Source of the DNA: Anthoceros angustus
Lineage: Eukaryota; Plantae; Anthocerotophyta
DNA length: 64,000 nt
Reading direction: 5' to 3'
Assembly (NCBI GenBank): GCA_010909165.1
Contig: MU008205.1
Coordinates: forward strand, 310,001-374,000
How positions within the stretch are numbered: the stretch's first letter is position 1; each line of letters begins with the position of its first letter. Position numbers and translations under genes: made by a program. This document shows positions 23,770-35,929 of this stretch, piece after piece. Below the pieces are notes generated by a model that saw nothing but the letters and a program-made list of their open reading frames with translations, ran no database searches and was not told the DNA's origin.

Positions 23770-26700
23770 GAGCCCACCGACCCACCCACGAGACTGGGCC
23801 TCGTAAAGTGCCTACATTGCATGACAAGAGTCGGTGGCATTCTGAGTCCAAGTCGCACACAAAGGTTATTCAAAGAATGCGCACTCACCGGGCACCGTGG
23901 GAGGTAGTGCTTTGTCTAGGCGAATCGCGGACGGTGATCGCTTCTTCAACAAGAGGTGCAAACAATGCGAGCAATTGAAGGTGACGCAACTCGTGGGACA
24001 AGTTGTAGGCATGGATACAAGTTAGGGCCATCTCTTGTGTCAATGACCGATTTCACGCACTTTGGAATGGCAAATGCACAAAGGCACTACTACTTGCTAT
24101 GAGATCGATCCAATGCAAACAATTACCTGTGGATCCGTCAATTTGCATTTGCAAAGACGGATGACAAATCTCCAGCAGATATGTGTTGTAAATATGTCAT
24201 CCCCGATTCACTGCTTCTCACATACTTAATTCAAGAAATTGAGTACCTAGCACATGGGCAGCTACAACAATGGCAAGATTCTCAAGAAATATCTCACCTT
24301 CCAACGATCACGCCATTCAACTCGTTCCTTTGTCCAGCAATTGTAGACTTGCCAAACATTGTTGCCGACAAACACGTATATTGTATATTGACAAGTTGGT
24401 CTCCAAACTTAGTTGGGAAACAAGAGGAATGGTGCGTGGGTATTTATCGGCATTCACATCCCACTTCCTCATCTTTCCAAGCATCCAAATCAGCAAGCTT
24501 CTTCATAATTAACATCCCGGTTGTTCTCAAGTGTTGACCTCTACACAAGAGTGAATCGATGGTCGCAAGGCCATCATACCCATCCTTAGAGTCACATTTT
24601 ATCACTCCTTTCCCGTTCATCCTATTTCAGCCCGGCAAAATCCCAACGAAACCCCATGATCCGCACAACAACGGAAAATGAGCATCCTTCCATACCTCAA
24701 ATTTCATCAAATTTAGCAGACCGTAAGCTTGATCGAGGTAGGTCCGAACACTTCATCCCACTCCAACCTAGGTTCAAATGCGCATTTCACCTCCTTCTCC
24801 TTCGCATCTTCGAACTCTCTACAAGCATACCCATCTCCCAAATTTTGTTAACCTCACCAGGTAAGCTCGATCCCGCAGTAAGCCGTGAATATGGACTTTC
24901 TCGAAAAGAAATAATTGAGTTCCTAGGAATTGTCCAGTTTCGCTATCGGCTGTGTCTTTGGTTTCTGGCAACGACGTCTAGCTACCTATTTGTTTGCGAG
25001 TTTGGTGGATTGCAGAGCAGTAGCGGAGCTGCAAAGAAACATATTGCCCGGAGAGCAATCTGTTTTGCTGAATTCTCTGAGGTGATCAATTGCTGATTTT
25101 GCATGAAAAAGAGTACTAGTGTGATTTGGCTCCATTTCACGATGTTATACCCTATGGAGGGGGATGGCAATTTCGACTTGCCTTAGCTTCCCTGCTGCCT
25201 CGGCCAAGGTCTTCCGGTGTTTGCGAGATCGGCTGTGTCCCGGAGCACACCATTCCGCTCTCGCCTACCGAGGTGCAGAGAGCGCAAATTTTGTTAGGCT
25301 GGAGGGATGGACCGGAGGGACAGTATGAGCAAGCCTGGACACACTCCATCCCGAGTAGCTTATTTCCGTGTAAGTGACCATGATGTGGGCACGCCTCTAG
25401 ATCTAAGTCTCGGCGGTGCTTTGTGCTATAATATGCTCCTGCATTACCGAAACGGTCTTCAAGTTTTAATGTGAAATCCAAGAAGATGGAAGTTAACGTC
25501 CCCTCTGTGAGTCCTACATTTGGCTGCCTCACGTTACAATCGAGCCCACCGACCCACCCACGAGACTGGGCCTCGTAAGACGTCTACATTGCATGACAAG
25601 AGTCGGTGGCATTCTTGAGTCCAAGTCGCACAAAGGTTATTCAAAAATGCGCACTCACCGGGCACCGTGGGAGGTAGTCGATTTGTCTAGGCGAATCACG
25701 ATGTTGATGTGCTTCTTCAACAAGAGGTGCAAACAATGCGAGCAATTGAAGGTGAAACTCTTGTGGACAAGTTGTAGGCATGGATACAAGTTAGGGCCAT
25801 CTCTTGTGTCAATGACCGATTTCACGCACCTTTGGAATGGCAAATGCACAAAAGGCACTACTACTTGCTATGAGATCGATCCAATGCAAACAATTACCTG
25901 TGGATCCGTCAATTTGCATTTGCGGAACGGATGACAAATCTCCAGCAGATATGTGTTGTAAATATGTCATCCGATCAACGCTTCTCACATACTTAATTCA
26001 AGAAATTGAGTACCTAGCACATGGCAGCTACAACAATGGCAAGATTCAAGAAATATCTCACCTTCCAACAGCCCCGCCATTCAACTCGTTCCTTTGTCCA
26101 GCAATTGTAGACTTGCCAAACATTGTTGCCGACAAACACGATATTGTATATTGACAAAGTTGGTCTCCAAACTTAGTTGGGAAGCAAGAGGAATGGTGCG
26201 GTATTTATCGGCATTCACATCCCACTTCCTCATCTTTCCAAGCATCCAAATCAGCAAGCTTCTTCATAATTAACATCCCGGGTTGTTCTCAAGTGTTGAC
26301 CTCTACACAAGAGTGAATCGATGGTCATCGCAAGGCCATACCCATCCTTAGAGTCACATTTTATCACTCCGCCGTTCATCCTATTTCAGCCCGGCAAAAT
26401 CCCAACGAAACCCCATGATCCGCACAACAACGGAAAATGAGCATCCTTCCATACCTCAAATTTCATCAAATTTAGCAGACCGTAAGCTTGATCGAGGTGG
26501 TAGGTCCAACACTTCATCCCACTCCAACCTAGGTTCAAATGCGCATTTCACCTCCTTCTCCTTCTCGCATCTTCGCAACTCTCTGATACCCATCTCCCAT
26601 TTATTAACCTCACCAGGTAAGCTCGATCCAGAGTAAGCCGTGAATATGGACTTTCTTTGAAGAAATAATTGAGTTCCTAGGAATTGTCCGGTTTAAGCTA

Positions 26701-27276
26701 TCTGTCTTTGGTTTCGCAACGACGCCTCTAGCTACCTATTTGTTTGCGAGTTTGGTGGATTGCGAGCGATGGCGCAAAGAAACATATTGCCGGAGAGCAA
26801 CTGCTTTGAATTCTCTGAGGTGATCAATTGCTGATTTTGCATGAAAAGAGTACTAGTGTGATTTGGCTCCATTTCACGATGTTATACCCTATGGAGGGAT
26901 GGCAATTTCGACTTGCCTTAGCTTCCCCGCCTCGGCCAAGGTCTTAGGTGTTTGCGAGATCGGTGTCCGGAGCACACCATTCGCTCGCCTACCGAGGTGC
27001 AGAGCGCAAATTTTGTTAGGCTGGAGGGATGGACCGGAGGGACAGCAATGAGCAAGCCTGGACACACTCCATCCCGAAAGCTGTAGCTTATTTCCGTGTA
27101 AGTGACGGTGGCACGCTCTCTAGATCTAAGTCTCGAGCAGTGCTTTGTGCTATAATATGCTCCTGCATTCTGCTGGAAACGGTCTTCAAGTTTTAATGTG
27201 AAATCCAAGAAGATGGAAGTTACCGGCGACGTCCCCTCTGTGAGTCCTCTGTTTGGCTGCCTCGTTACAATCAACT
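23770..27276 (+). mobile_element. LINE-like remnant, copy B, tandemly duplicated (23770-25541 / 25542-27276)
   Basis: Homologous to about 8325-10085. At 25542 the sequence jumps back to gagcccaccgacccaccc. Confidence 0.5.
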
Positions 27277-27329
27277 GAGCCCAGAAAAGATCAAAACTGC
27301 TCACGTTTTACATCACAGGGATCAATATA

Positions 27330-29280
27330 TTGAAGGACAAAGGATTTCTGCGGTATGCATTCAGCCTACCGAACAGAGTACTTTGCAGTTTGCTAGGAAG
27401 GCCATAACCGTGGGATGTTAACGGGACTGTATTTTCTCTGAAGGCTAGCAAGGTCAGTGACAAGTAGATCTCAACAGTAAATTTTCCATCTTTTATGCCT
27501 GTGAGGCAGAGTCGTATCCGCGCGTTGTCTAAAACCTAACCGTGTTGCTGGAGCTGCAATGAAGTTCAAGACTACAAGATTTCTTCGCAAGGATGCAACA
27601 ACTCCATGGTGGAACAAGAGAATTGAACCAATATACGGCAGCAAGCCATTTGTGTCTCCCAGTGGCATTTGGGCTTAGGGAAGCATCTCAGAGGTGTAAA
27701 TCGAGAACGGCACACCACGATGTGTTTGTCACGGGGTTGGTGAAAATGTAAATAGCGATGCGGCATGCAATTGGCTCAGCTTGGAAAGGAAGGTGATTAG
27801 GCTTGGAAAGTGTTTGCCGGGCTTGGTGACGATTATATGGTGGCATGGACTTACATGATGGCAGGTATTCCCATGACTAGCAGGGCATGGGGCCGGAAGC
27901 TCTTCATGTGTATAGTACTAGACAAGAAGAAGGTCCCATTGCTGTACCTGATTTTATGACATTTTTCTGCATCCTAAAAGCATGTGCACATTTGCTAGCT
28001 TGTCTCTGCATAGAAAGGCAGCTGCATATGTACACAGATTGTAGAAGAAGACCTTGGTATTCTCTGCGCGCGCATCCTGCAGTTTGGCACTCTCTTGGAA
28101 GCAGTGGAGTTAGACAAAACAGTTCCTGCGGCATAAGTGTTGATGTCGAACAGATACACGCATGGGCACGGACGTGCGGTAGCAGGCACAGAAGATAGAG
28201 GCGAGGAGAGCAGAATTGGGGTATGGAAGCAGCGGATCGAGCTAGTGATGTGTACGTACAACATATACACTAGAGAAGACGCCAGAGAACCCAAATGTTC
28301 ATCATGAAAACTTGTGGGCCCTTCGCTACACGAATGAGATATCGTGATGAGAACAGAGATAGGAGGGTAATTATCTGCAAAGGCTGGAAGACCTTGTACA
28401 ACATATCTCCTTGCGATCCACCGGGGGCTGTGGTGCCATAATCGAGAGCACATAGCAGCTGTTTTTGCAATTAAGATATAGAAATATAACTAGGGACAGA
28501 CGCCATTGGTCCCCACGGTGCTATGCAAGAAGAAGGCCTGCACTGCGATTCTGTGACATTTGTGTGCCTCCCGGGCATGTCTGGTTGGGCAAGCTTTGAG
28601 GAAGGCGAGGCAACTTCATGAGAGAGGGTATCCAGCTGGAAGTTTGGTGAAAATGTATGAAAATTGTGGCAGCCTCCGTGGACCACGAGTGTGTTGATGG
28701 ACTTGCTCAAAATCACGTGTTGGCGTGCCGCCATGATAAGCGAGGCATGGTATTTTCAGCAAGTACTCCAGGAATGGGCTGTAGTATCACAGGCGGTATT
28801 CTCGGCCGTGTTCCAGCAAGGAATGGGCCAGCGGGAAGCCCTTTTGTCTCTACAGCAATATGCAAGAAGGTGCAGGCATGTGCAAGTGTACATGTTTGGC
28901 ACCCCAGCTTGTGACAGTTGGAAGCGCTATGCTCAAAAAATGTTTAATGGACCTGATCAAAAAGATATGGTGACATGGAATGCAGTGATACCAGGGCACT
29001 CGCAGCAGGGTAGGGTGCAGGCCGCCCTTCATCTTCACATTGATATGAGAAGAGAAGGTAATCTTTGTGCGATTCTCGCGACATTTTTGTCTCTCCGCAT
29101 GTAAGCTGTGGGCCTCCCGTTGGAAGGGAAGCATCTGCATCCGCATCCGCAAATCGAGAACAGAACACCGGCTGATGTTTTAGCCGTTTGGTGGAAATGT
29201 CGCCAACCGTGGTAGCGTGGAAGATGCTCGGGCCGTGTTTGACCGACTTGGTCAAAAGATGTGGTGCTCGTTTCGATAAA
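27330..29280 (+). pseudogene. Degenerate PLS-class PPR pseudogene, copy B
   Basis: Duplicate of 10150-12130; includes MFNGPDQKDMVTWNAVIPGHSQQGRVQAALHLHIDMRREG. Confidence 0.8.
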
Positions 29281-29414
29281 GTTTTAAGTCGATATTACCC
29301 TAGCCATGAATGAACAACATGTCCAAATCATGCAAGGAAACACTGCGACGGGTGGCTAACCTACCTAGCTAGCTACCTCAAAGACAAGAAGGCATTACGT
29401 CCGATAAACACAGA

Positions 29415-30359
29415 TTAAAGATCAAAATGGAGTCTTTTCTCGAACTCGGCTACTTCCTCATTGAGGCACCCTCGTCACGAGGTCCGAGCCATTCTCATAG
29501 AGGTCGCTCTCCTCACGCCATCATGTAAGCAATTGCTTGCCTTCTTGACCTCATCCACCTTAAGACCATGTGCTTGCGCGTCCGAAGAATTTGTAGAACA
29601 GTGGATCCAGAGCGTCGAAGGAGCCGGCATCCATATCATCGGCGGATCGAGCCCAGGATCCAGATGCACCGGACCGGACCCTTGATGGGTGGAATCCAGC
29701 TTGGCCTTCCGCAGCTTGCTTTCAGCGGCCACAGCTTCCCGACTTGGAGCGGTCGGATGACCTGCACTGTGGCGTGCCCTCGACGTACGCAGCCAAGGCA
29801 TCCACATCCCGCTCATCCACACCTTGCATGGTCTCCAGTGTTCGCGACAACCAGCTGCTGTAGAGGAGGATCGCGGTGCTCACCGTCAAGTTCGGGAAGG
29901 GCAACCACACCTCCTTCTCGGCCGGCAGTATTCTAGCCTCATCTCACAAAGTCGTATCCCTCGAAAGCATTCCGTGCCTACCGCTTGGTTTGAGAGGTCC
30001 TTGATCTTGAGCAACTCGGCGGTGATAGCCGCCCGGAGCTGCCTCCTCGGATGGTTTGGGCGAGGTCCGGATGTTCTCCAGCCGGTCCTCCTTTCTGTTA
30101 CACAAGGAAGCGGCAATGCGCTTCTACCTTGCTGCAAGGCTAGCAAACCCGGCCGGCGGTGCCGAGGAGGAAGTATGTTGGCAAGTTCAGTGTTGTGGAA
30201 TGGGCCGCAACAGTAGAGAACGCCCTCCGCCACACTCCTTGGCACCACAAACGTGCATACCTCCTCCTCTCCTTCTTTGGACATCCTCACGCCGCCTTCC
30301 TCGAGCCCCTCCAATACCTCCTTCGCACTCCTCATCTTGGACCTCCCTTTACAAGCCAT
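29415..30359 (-). pseudogene. Type-II SKP1-like paralog b, copy B (many indels)
   Basis: Duplicate of 12270-13290: MACK start, FVVPRSVAEGV, ITAELLKIKDLSNQA, WLPFPNLTVSTAILLY, DERDVDALAAYVEG. Confidence 0.7.
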
Positions 30360-31779
30360 GGTCACGCCTCAAGCAAACGGACGCAGTGGGGCGAATCGCC
30401 GGAGCGACACCCAGATTATCGACACCACAAGTTGGGAGGATGGGAAGATCTTTTAAACTCCCACTCCATATATATATGAACCTCTAGGGAGACCTCCCTC
30501 CCGCGACTATTTATTGAGGACTTTGACCTAAGCCTCTTTCACAATGTTTTTTACCGTTATTTTATTTTTTGTTTACTTCACATGTTATACAAACATAGGT
30601 CTCGTTGCTTACAAAGAAGACCCTAGGTTGGTAATGGCTTGGACCCGGCCGAGTCCCGATAGCTCACACCCCTTGACCTTACCGTGAAAGCATGCACATG
30701 GCAGCCACAACAAGATCTCTCGTCACCAAACATTTCTTCGAATTTTCCATACCTCACCATTCAATAGGTAATGTGGATTGGGGAATCCTTCACGTTCTAA
30801 CCTCTTCCTCCCATGTGCTCTTCGCCATCTCCTGCCAGCTCGCCTACCAGCAGATATTGATGCTGTGGCCGCAGCCCTATATTCAACTTGATTTGCAAAA
30901 CTGACTTCTCCCTGCAATGTCGACGCTGCAGGTATCTGTGCCTGCAGTCCATCGGCGTGCTCTCCTTGTGACGACGTCCCGTCCTTTCACCTCCTACCTT
31001 CCTAGTCTCATGACCAGGTCTAGATCGCGCTCCCACGGCAATCTTCTCACCTTGCTGCACCTCCGTGACAACAACTTCAGTTGTCGCCCATGAATTCATC
31101 GACTCCCTTTCTTGCAGCTATTCTGCAAGCTCACCTTGGGATGTGGTTTCTCCACCACCCTCTCCTGCACATGCTGTCATAGAGCCATCCCCGCTCCTGA
31201 GCTTCATCGTACATGCTTCCTTCACACACCATTTTCGTGTGTCCCTCCTATTTCTTGAAAACAGTGGTTTCTTCTCCGTTTCTCCTCCTTCTTCTGCCAA
31301 CAACGTCGCCTCCACTTGCAGCCCTCCTGATTGCTCACCCTCAAGGAGCACTCTGGTCTCCTCCTCGCGCTCATGCTGCTGCTCCTTTTCCTCCCCTTGA
31401 ATTTCTAAATCATCTTACTGCAGCATTTCCTGCACAAAAGGCAACCCCCCTCTTGTACTGCTTCTAAGGCAGTGCCTTTATTACATCCCCAAGACTGGCC
31501 CTACCGCTAGCTACCTACACATGCACGAGTGATGCCGGATCCTTGCGCGTGACTTCCTATGTCTACGACGGTGGGGCTGCTGTTGACTTCAGCTGACTCC
31601 TGCATCCGGCAGCCCAATCCCCAACCCTTGCGCCTGAGGGGCGCCCAGCCTGATTATTCTTGGCCCCTGCATTCCCGCAGAGGCTCGGCCCCCCCTCGAA
31701 CCCGGTTAGGCCTTCCTACCGGAGGTGCGCTAACAACCACTGTCACCACCAAGTCCTCCTCGCTCAGATGGATAACCCA

Positions 31780-33290
31780 GAGTGGAGTTTCAAGATCACC
31801 CTCTGCACTCGTGGGTCCCTTCTCTAGTCTCTGGAAGGGACCGAAGTCCGTTCGCTCTGGGCTGTTGGGCCTGTCCTTTGGGCGCTAATAGGTTCCTCCT
31901 TGGCTCCGAAGGCCGGACCTCTGGGTCCGTCCTTCACTCCGGAGGCCGGACTTCTGGGTCCGTCCTTGACTCCGGAGGCCGGACCTCTAGGTCCGTCCTT
32001 GACTCCGAAGGTCGGGCCTCTGGGTTTGTCCTTACACTTTGGGGGCGGACCTCTACACCCCCCTCCACAGGCCTATCCTCCAGTCCTAGCCCTCCTTCCA
32101 CTGGAGTACTCCCTTCTACGCCCCCCAACCCGGGTGCCGAGTCTGGGAAGCCTACCTCTTGGTCCGCCGGGGATTCGTCGCCCGGCTAACGTCTTCCCTT
32201 CGAGGGTCTCGCCTCGCTGCTGCTCTCATCTCTTAATAGGGCGCCTAGGTTCCCTGTCGCCGCATTCTTTTCCAGCCCTTCCTCTCTCCAGGCTCCCTTC
32301 GACGCCTCTGGTGGCCCTATTGCCTCAACCGACTGGTGCACCGCACTCACGGCCTTTAGGAGCTCCGCATGGTAGTAGGCAAAGTCCGAGTCCACCTGCT
32401 GAATGGCTTCTTCCACGTGAGCCCGTAGGACCTGGTACTCCCACCTCCACTGGTGCTCCGGCAATCGGGCGTGTTCCCCCGCACGATGGGCCGTCTCCTC
32501 TCCTAAACCTTCCAACCGGGCCTTAGCGGCATCTCGGGAGGCCGTTAGGGTAGCCTCGGCAAGCTCCTGAAGCGGCTGCTTCTCGTTGGCGTGCTCCTTC
32601 TCCCGTTCCCTCCTAAGAGCTCCCAGTTGGCTTGTCATTGACTGGATCTCTCCTTCTGCCTGGCGCAGACAGACCAGCAGTTTCTGTTCTTCCTACTTCC
32701 ACTGGTGCTGGTCCATCACCTGCAGGCTCAAGAGCTCCATCTCCCTCTTGAGTCGTTCCCGTAGGTGCATCAGGCGGGTGGCCTCGGCGAGTTCCTTCTT
32801 AAGCTCGTCAATGTCCAGTTGCTTGCTTCTCCGGTGAGTTTTCTCCACCCGAAGGCAGAGCTGGAGTCGATCCACCTCTCGCTCAAAGCCCTCGATCCGG
32901 CCTTGGAGAAGCCCGTTCCTTTACTCCACCACCTAGCGCCGTAGCTTTAGGGTCTCCTTCTCCCCCTCCACCTGCTTCCGCTCAGTGCCCCAGAGCTACG
33001 ACCAGAGGTTCGTCATCTCGCCCAGCCGCTCTTGCATTTCCGCCTTGCGGGCAGCTCGAGCTTGCTCCCATGTCGCCTAGTCTTCCTTCAGGCGGGCGAG
33101 CTCCTGGTCCCGCTCCTTCAAATTGGTTGTGGCTACTCCGGCTGCCTCCCTCCAGCAATTCTGGTCCCTGCGATAGTGGTCCCGGTCCGTCCTGGTGTTG
33201 GCTTCCGCGTGCCGCACCTCCTTCAGTTGAGACTCTAGGGCTTGGTGCTCCTCCTACTGAGCAGACTCCGCTGACAACCTGTAAACGATT
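31780..33290 (-). mobile_element. TE-associated coiled-coil ORF (frameshifted), paralogous to the ORF at 36800-38200
   Basis: E/K/R-rich heptad-like sequence (DIDELKKELAEATRLMHLRERLKRE; LRAHVEEAIQQVDSDFAYYHAELLKAV) shared with the 36.8-37.4 kb ORF. A minus-strand TATAAATA lies near 33390. Confidence 0.5.
31902..32034. repeat. 33-bp tandem repeat x4 (gactccggaggccggacctctgggtccgtcctt)
   Basis: ctccg recurs at 31904, 31937, 31970 and 32003. The minus strand reads KDGPRGPASGV repeats. Confidence 0.9.
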
Positions 33291-35380
33291 TAGACTCAGA
33301 AACCCCCTGTTGAAATGTGCTTGAAGTAGTTTTTTTTTTTTTTGGGTCAAGTGTGGTGTGAAAATAAGTCAGGTTCACAGTAGGCAAAGGTATTTATAAA
33401 AGAAACGTCCTTGGCCTATGGTTTTTTTGTTTTTATTAGATTAGATAATAAAGGGTCCGGGAACTCAATGTTCCTTGGCCCATGGACCTAGGATGTCCAC
33501 TAAAAGGTCTATATATGTGAGGTAGAGGATTGGTATAAGTAGGGAGTGATGGTCTATAGGTTTGGAGCCAACCAAGTGGGCGGTAGCTGAATGAGTGTGG
33601 GGTTGTGGATTGGGGAGTGGAGCGGCAATGAGAAGCCGACAGGTAGGGAACCGGGGACTTAACCCTAGGGACGGTCCGCTCGGACAACGGAGCGTATGCT
33701 GACGGCCGGAGCGCAACGACGGCCGGAGCGCAACGACGGCCGGAGCGCAACGACGGCCGGAGCGCAAGTCGAGGAGCTGGCGCGACTTTCCGACGGCCGG
33801 CGCACAATCCGTGTCGTTGTAGTAAGGAGTCCGCTTCCCAAGAGAATGATAAGCTCCGCTGCCGCTGCTTTGACCGATTCTCACCTTACTTTGCGACCGC
33901 TCAACTTTAACACACGCAATCGCTGCTTTGCGCCTAACTACTCATAACGCTCACCGAACAGCCCGTGTGGCCAAAGCGTTTGAGACCCGTTTGCATCCAT
34001 ATCGCTCGTTCCACGTCACTCGTTCCTTTAGTCCGTTCCTCTCATCACTCTCACTCGCTCATCAACCTTGGAAAAGAACGCATAGCTAGTCCGGACCTCC
34101 TCCGTTGCTCAACCGGGCCTCTTTGTCCAGCTGTTGCTTGCTTCTCCGGTGAGTTTTCTCCACCCGAAGGCAGAGCTGGAGTCGATCCACCTCTCGCTCA
34201 AAGCCCTCGATCCGGCCTTGGAGAAGCCCGTTCCTTTACTCCACCACCTAGCTACCGTAGCTTTAGGGTCTCCTTCTCCCCTCCACTGCCCGCTCGCCCT
34301 AGCTACGACCGAGGTTCGTCATCTCGCCCGGCCGCTCTTGCATTTCCGGCAGCTCGAGCTTGCTCCCATGTCGCCTAGTCCTTCAAAGGTGGCGAGCCCC
34401 GGTCCCCGCTCCTTCAAATTGGTTGTGGCTACTCAGTGCCTCCTCCAGCAATTTCGTCCCTGCGATAGTGGTCCCGGTCTGGCCCCGGTGTTGGCTGTGC
34501 CGCACCTCCTTGATTGAGACTCTAGGGCTTGGTGCTCCTCCTCACCGAGGCACTCACGACAACCAGAACGATTTAGACTCGAAACCCCTGTTGAAATGTG
34601 CTTGAAGTAGTTTTTTTTTTTGGGTCAAGTGTGGTGTGAAAATAAGTCGTTCCACGGTAGGCAAAGGTATTTATAAAAGAAACGCCCTTGGCCTATGGTT
34701 TTTTGTTTTTATTAGATTAGATAATAAAGGGTCCCGGAACTCAATGTTCCTTGGCCCATGGACCTAGGATGTCCACTAAAAGGTCTATATATGTGAGGTA
34801 GAGGATTGGTATAAGTAGGGAGTGATGGTCTATAGGTTTGGAGCCAACCAAGTGGGCGGTGAATGAGTGTGGGGTTGTGGATTGGGGAGTGGAGTCGAGA
34901 AGCCGACAGGTAGGGAACCGGGGACTTAACCCTAGGAAATGAAAGTCCGTTCGATAACGGGAGCATTGGGGACGGAGGCCGGCGGAGCGCCGACGACGGT
35001 GGAGCGCAACGAGGAGCGCCGACAAAGTCGAGGAGCCGTGGCGCGACTTTCGGCCACCGGCGCACAATCCGTGTCGTTGTAGTAAGGAGTCCGCTCCCAA
35101 GAGAATGATAAGCTCCGCTGCCGCTGCTTCGACCGATTCTCACCTTACTTTGCACCGCTCAACTTTAACACACGCAATCGCTGCTTTGCGCCTAACTACT
35201 CATAACGCTCACCGAACACGGCAGGCCAAACGCTTAAGGACCCGCTTGCATCCATCGCTCACGCACGCCACTGCTCCTTTAGTCCGCTCCTCTCATCACT
35301 CACTACGCCATCAACCTTGGAAAAGAACGCAAGTGGCTACACCCGACCTCCGTTGCTCAACCGGGCCTCCGTGCTCAGAC
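32813..35380. repeat. About 1.3-kb direct tandem duplication (32813-34125 / 34125-35380); second copy noisier
   Basis: At about 34125 the sequence returns to tgtccag..ttgcttgcttctccggtgag; the polyT-gggtcaagtgtgg block appears twice. Confidence 0.85.
33701..33767. repeat. 17-bp tandem repeat gacggccggagcgcaac x4
   Basis: Direct reading. Confidence 0.95.
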
Positions 35381-35459
35381 GCCTCCCGAGTTCCTCCGGC
35401 TCACGTTCGTCGCTCGAGCCTGGGCGAACCCAGTCGCTCTTCCTGCACACACCACCACA

Positions 35460-35700
35460 CGTTAGGGTCCGTCACGGGACCTTGATCGATCTCCTCGTGC
35501 ACCTTTCGATGACTCAGGACTCACGTTAGCATGAAGACACACAAGGTCTGCAAGAAACGCAGCATCAACACCAAGAGAAGATGATTTATTCAGAGCAGCC
35601 TCAGCCCTCTTATACTACGCCCAAGTCGGCGTCTTTATTACACCCTATTACGGTGGTGGCCATTCGATCATGTCGCCCTACCATCCTATTCCTTCCCTCC
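35460..35700 (-). mobile_element. Possible LTR segment (U3/R/U5 end) on the minus strand
   Basis: Minus-strand TATAAGAGGG (35614-35605) followed by AATAAA (35590-35585) and a U5-like stretch. No partner LTR or recognisable PBS found. Confidence 0.25.
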
Positions 35701-35929
35701 TATCTCCTTCGTCGGCGGTGGGCCTGGGAAGGTCCTGGGTTCCGTCTCGGTATTGGTGGTCCAATCTCCCGTCACGATTGCGGCGCGCAATCGGATGATC
35801 CGCGAGGCGGACCCCTTCCTCTTCCGGAATCACATCGGGTTGGGCTCGTGGCGGCGGCCTTACCAACGTCTTCCCCCAGCCCCAGTGGTCCCCTCGGTAG
35901 AATACCGTGGCCTCCCCAGCGTAAGTCGG

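Larger units (their letters stand above)
1..30657. repeat. Tandem segmental duplication: 1-13602 corresponds to 14713-30657 (plus extra internal duplications)
   Basis: Position 1 (gtggaagggcaggagacc) equals 14713. Identity runs to ...ggccgagtccc (13602 / 30657), after which the copies diverge. Confidence 0.95.

Noticed and set aside
33329-33343. Poly(T) tract as a LINE/SINE tail
   Set aside because: No TSD or retroposon body is adjacent; it sits between a TATA box and an ORF on the minus strand and is part of a duplicated block.
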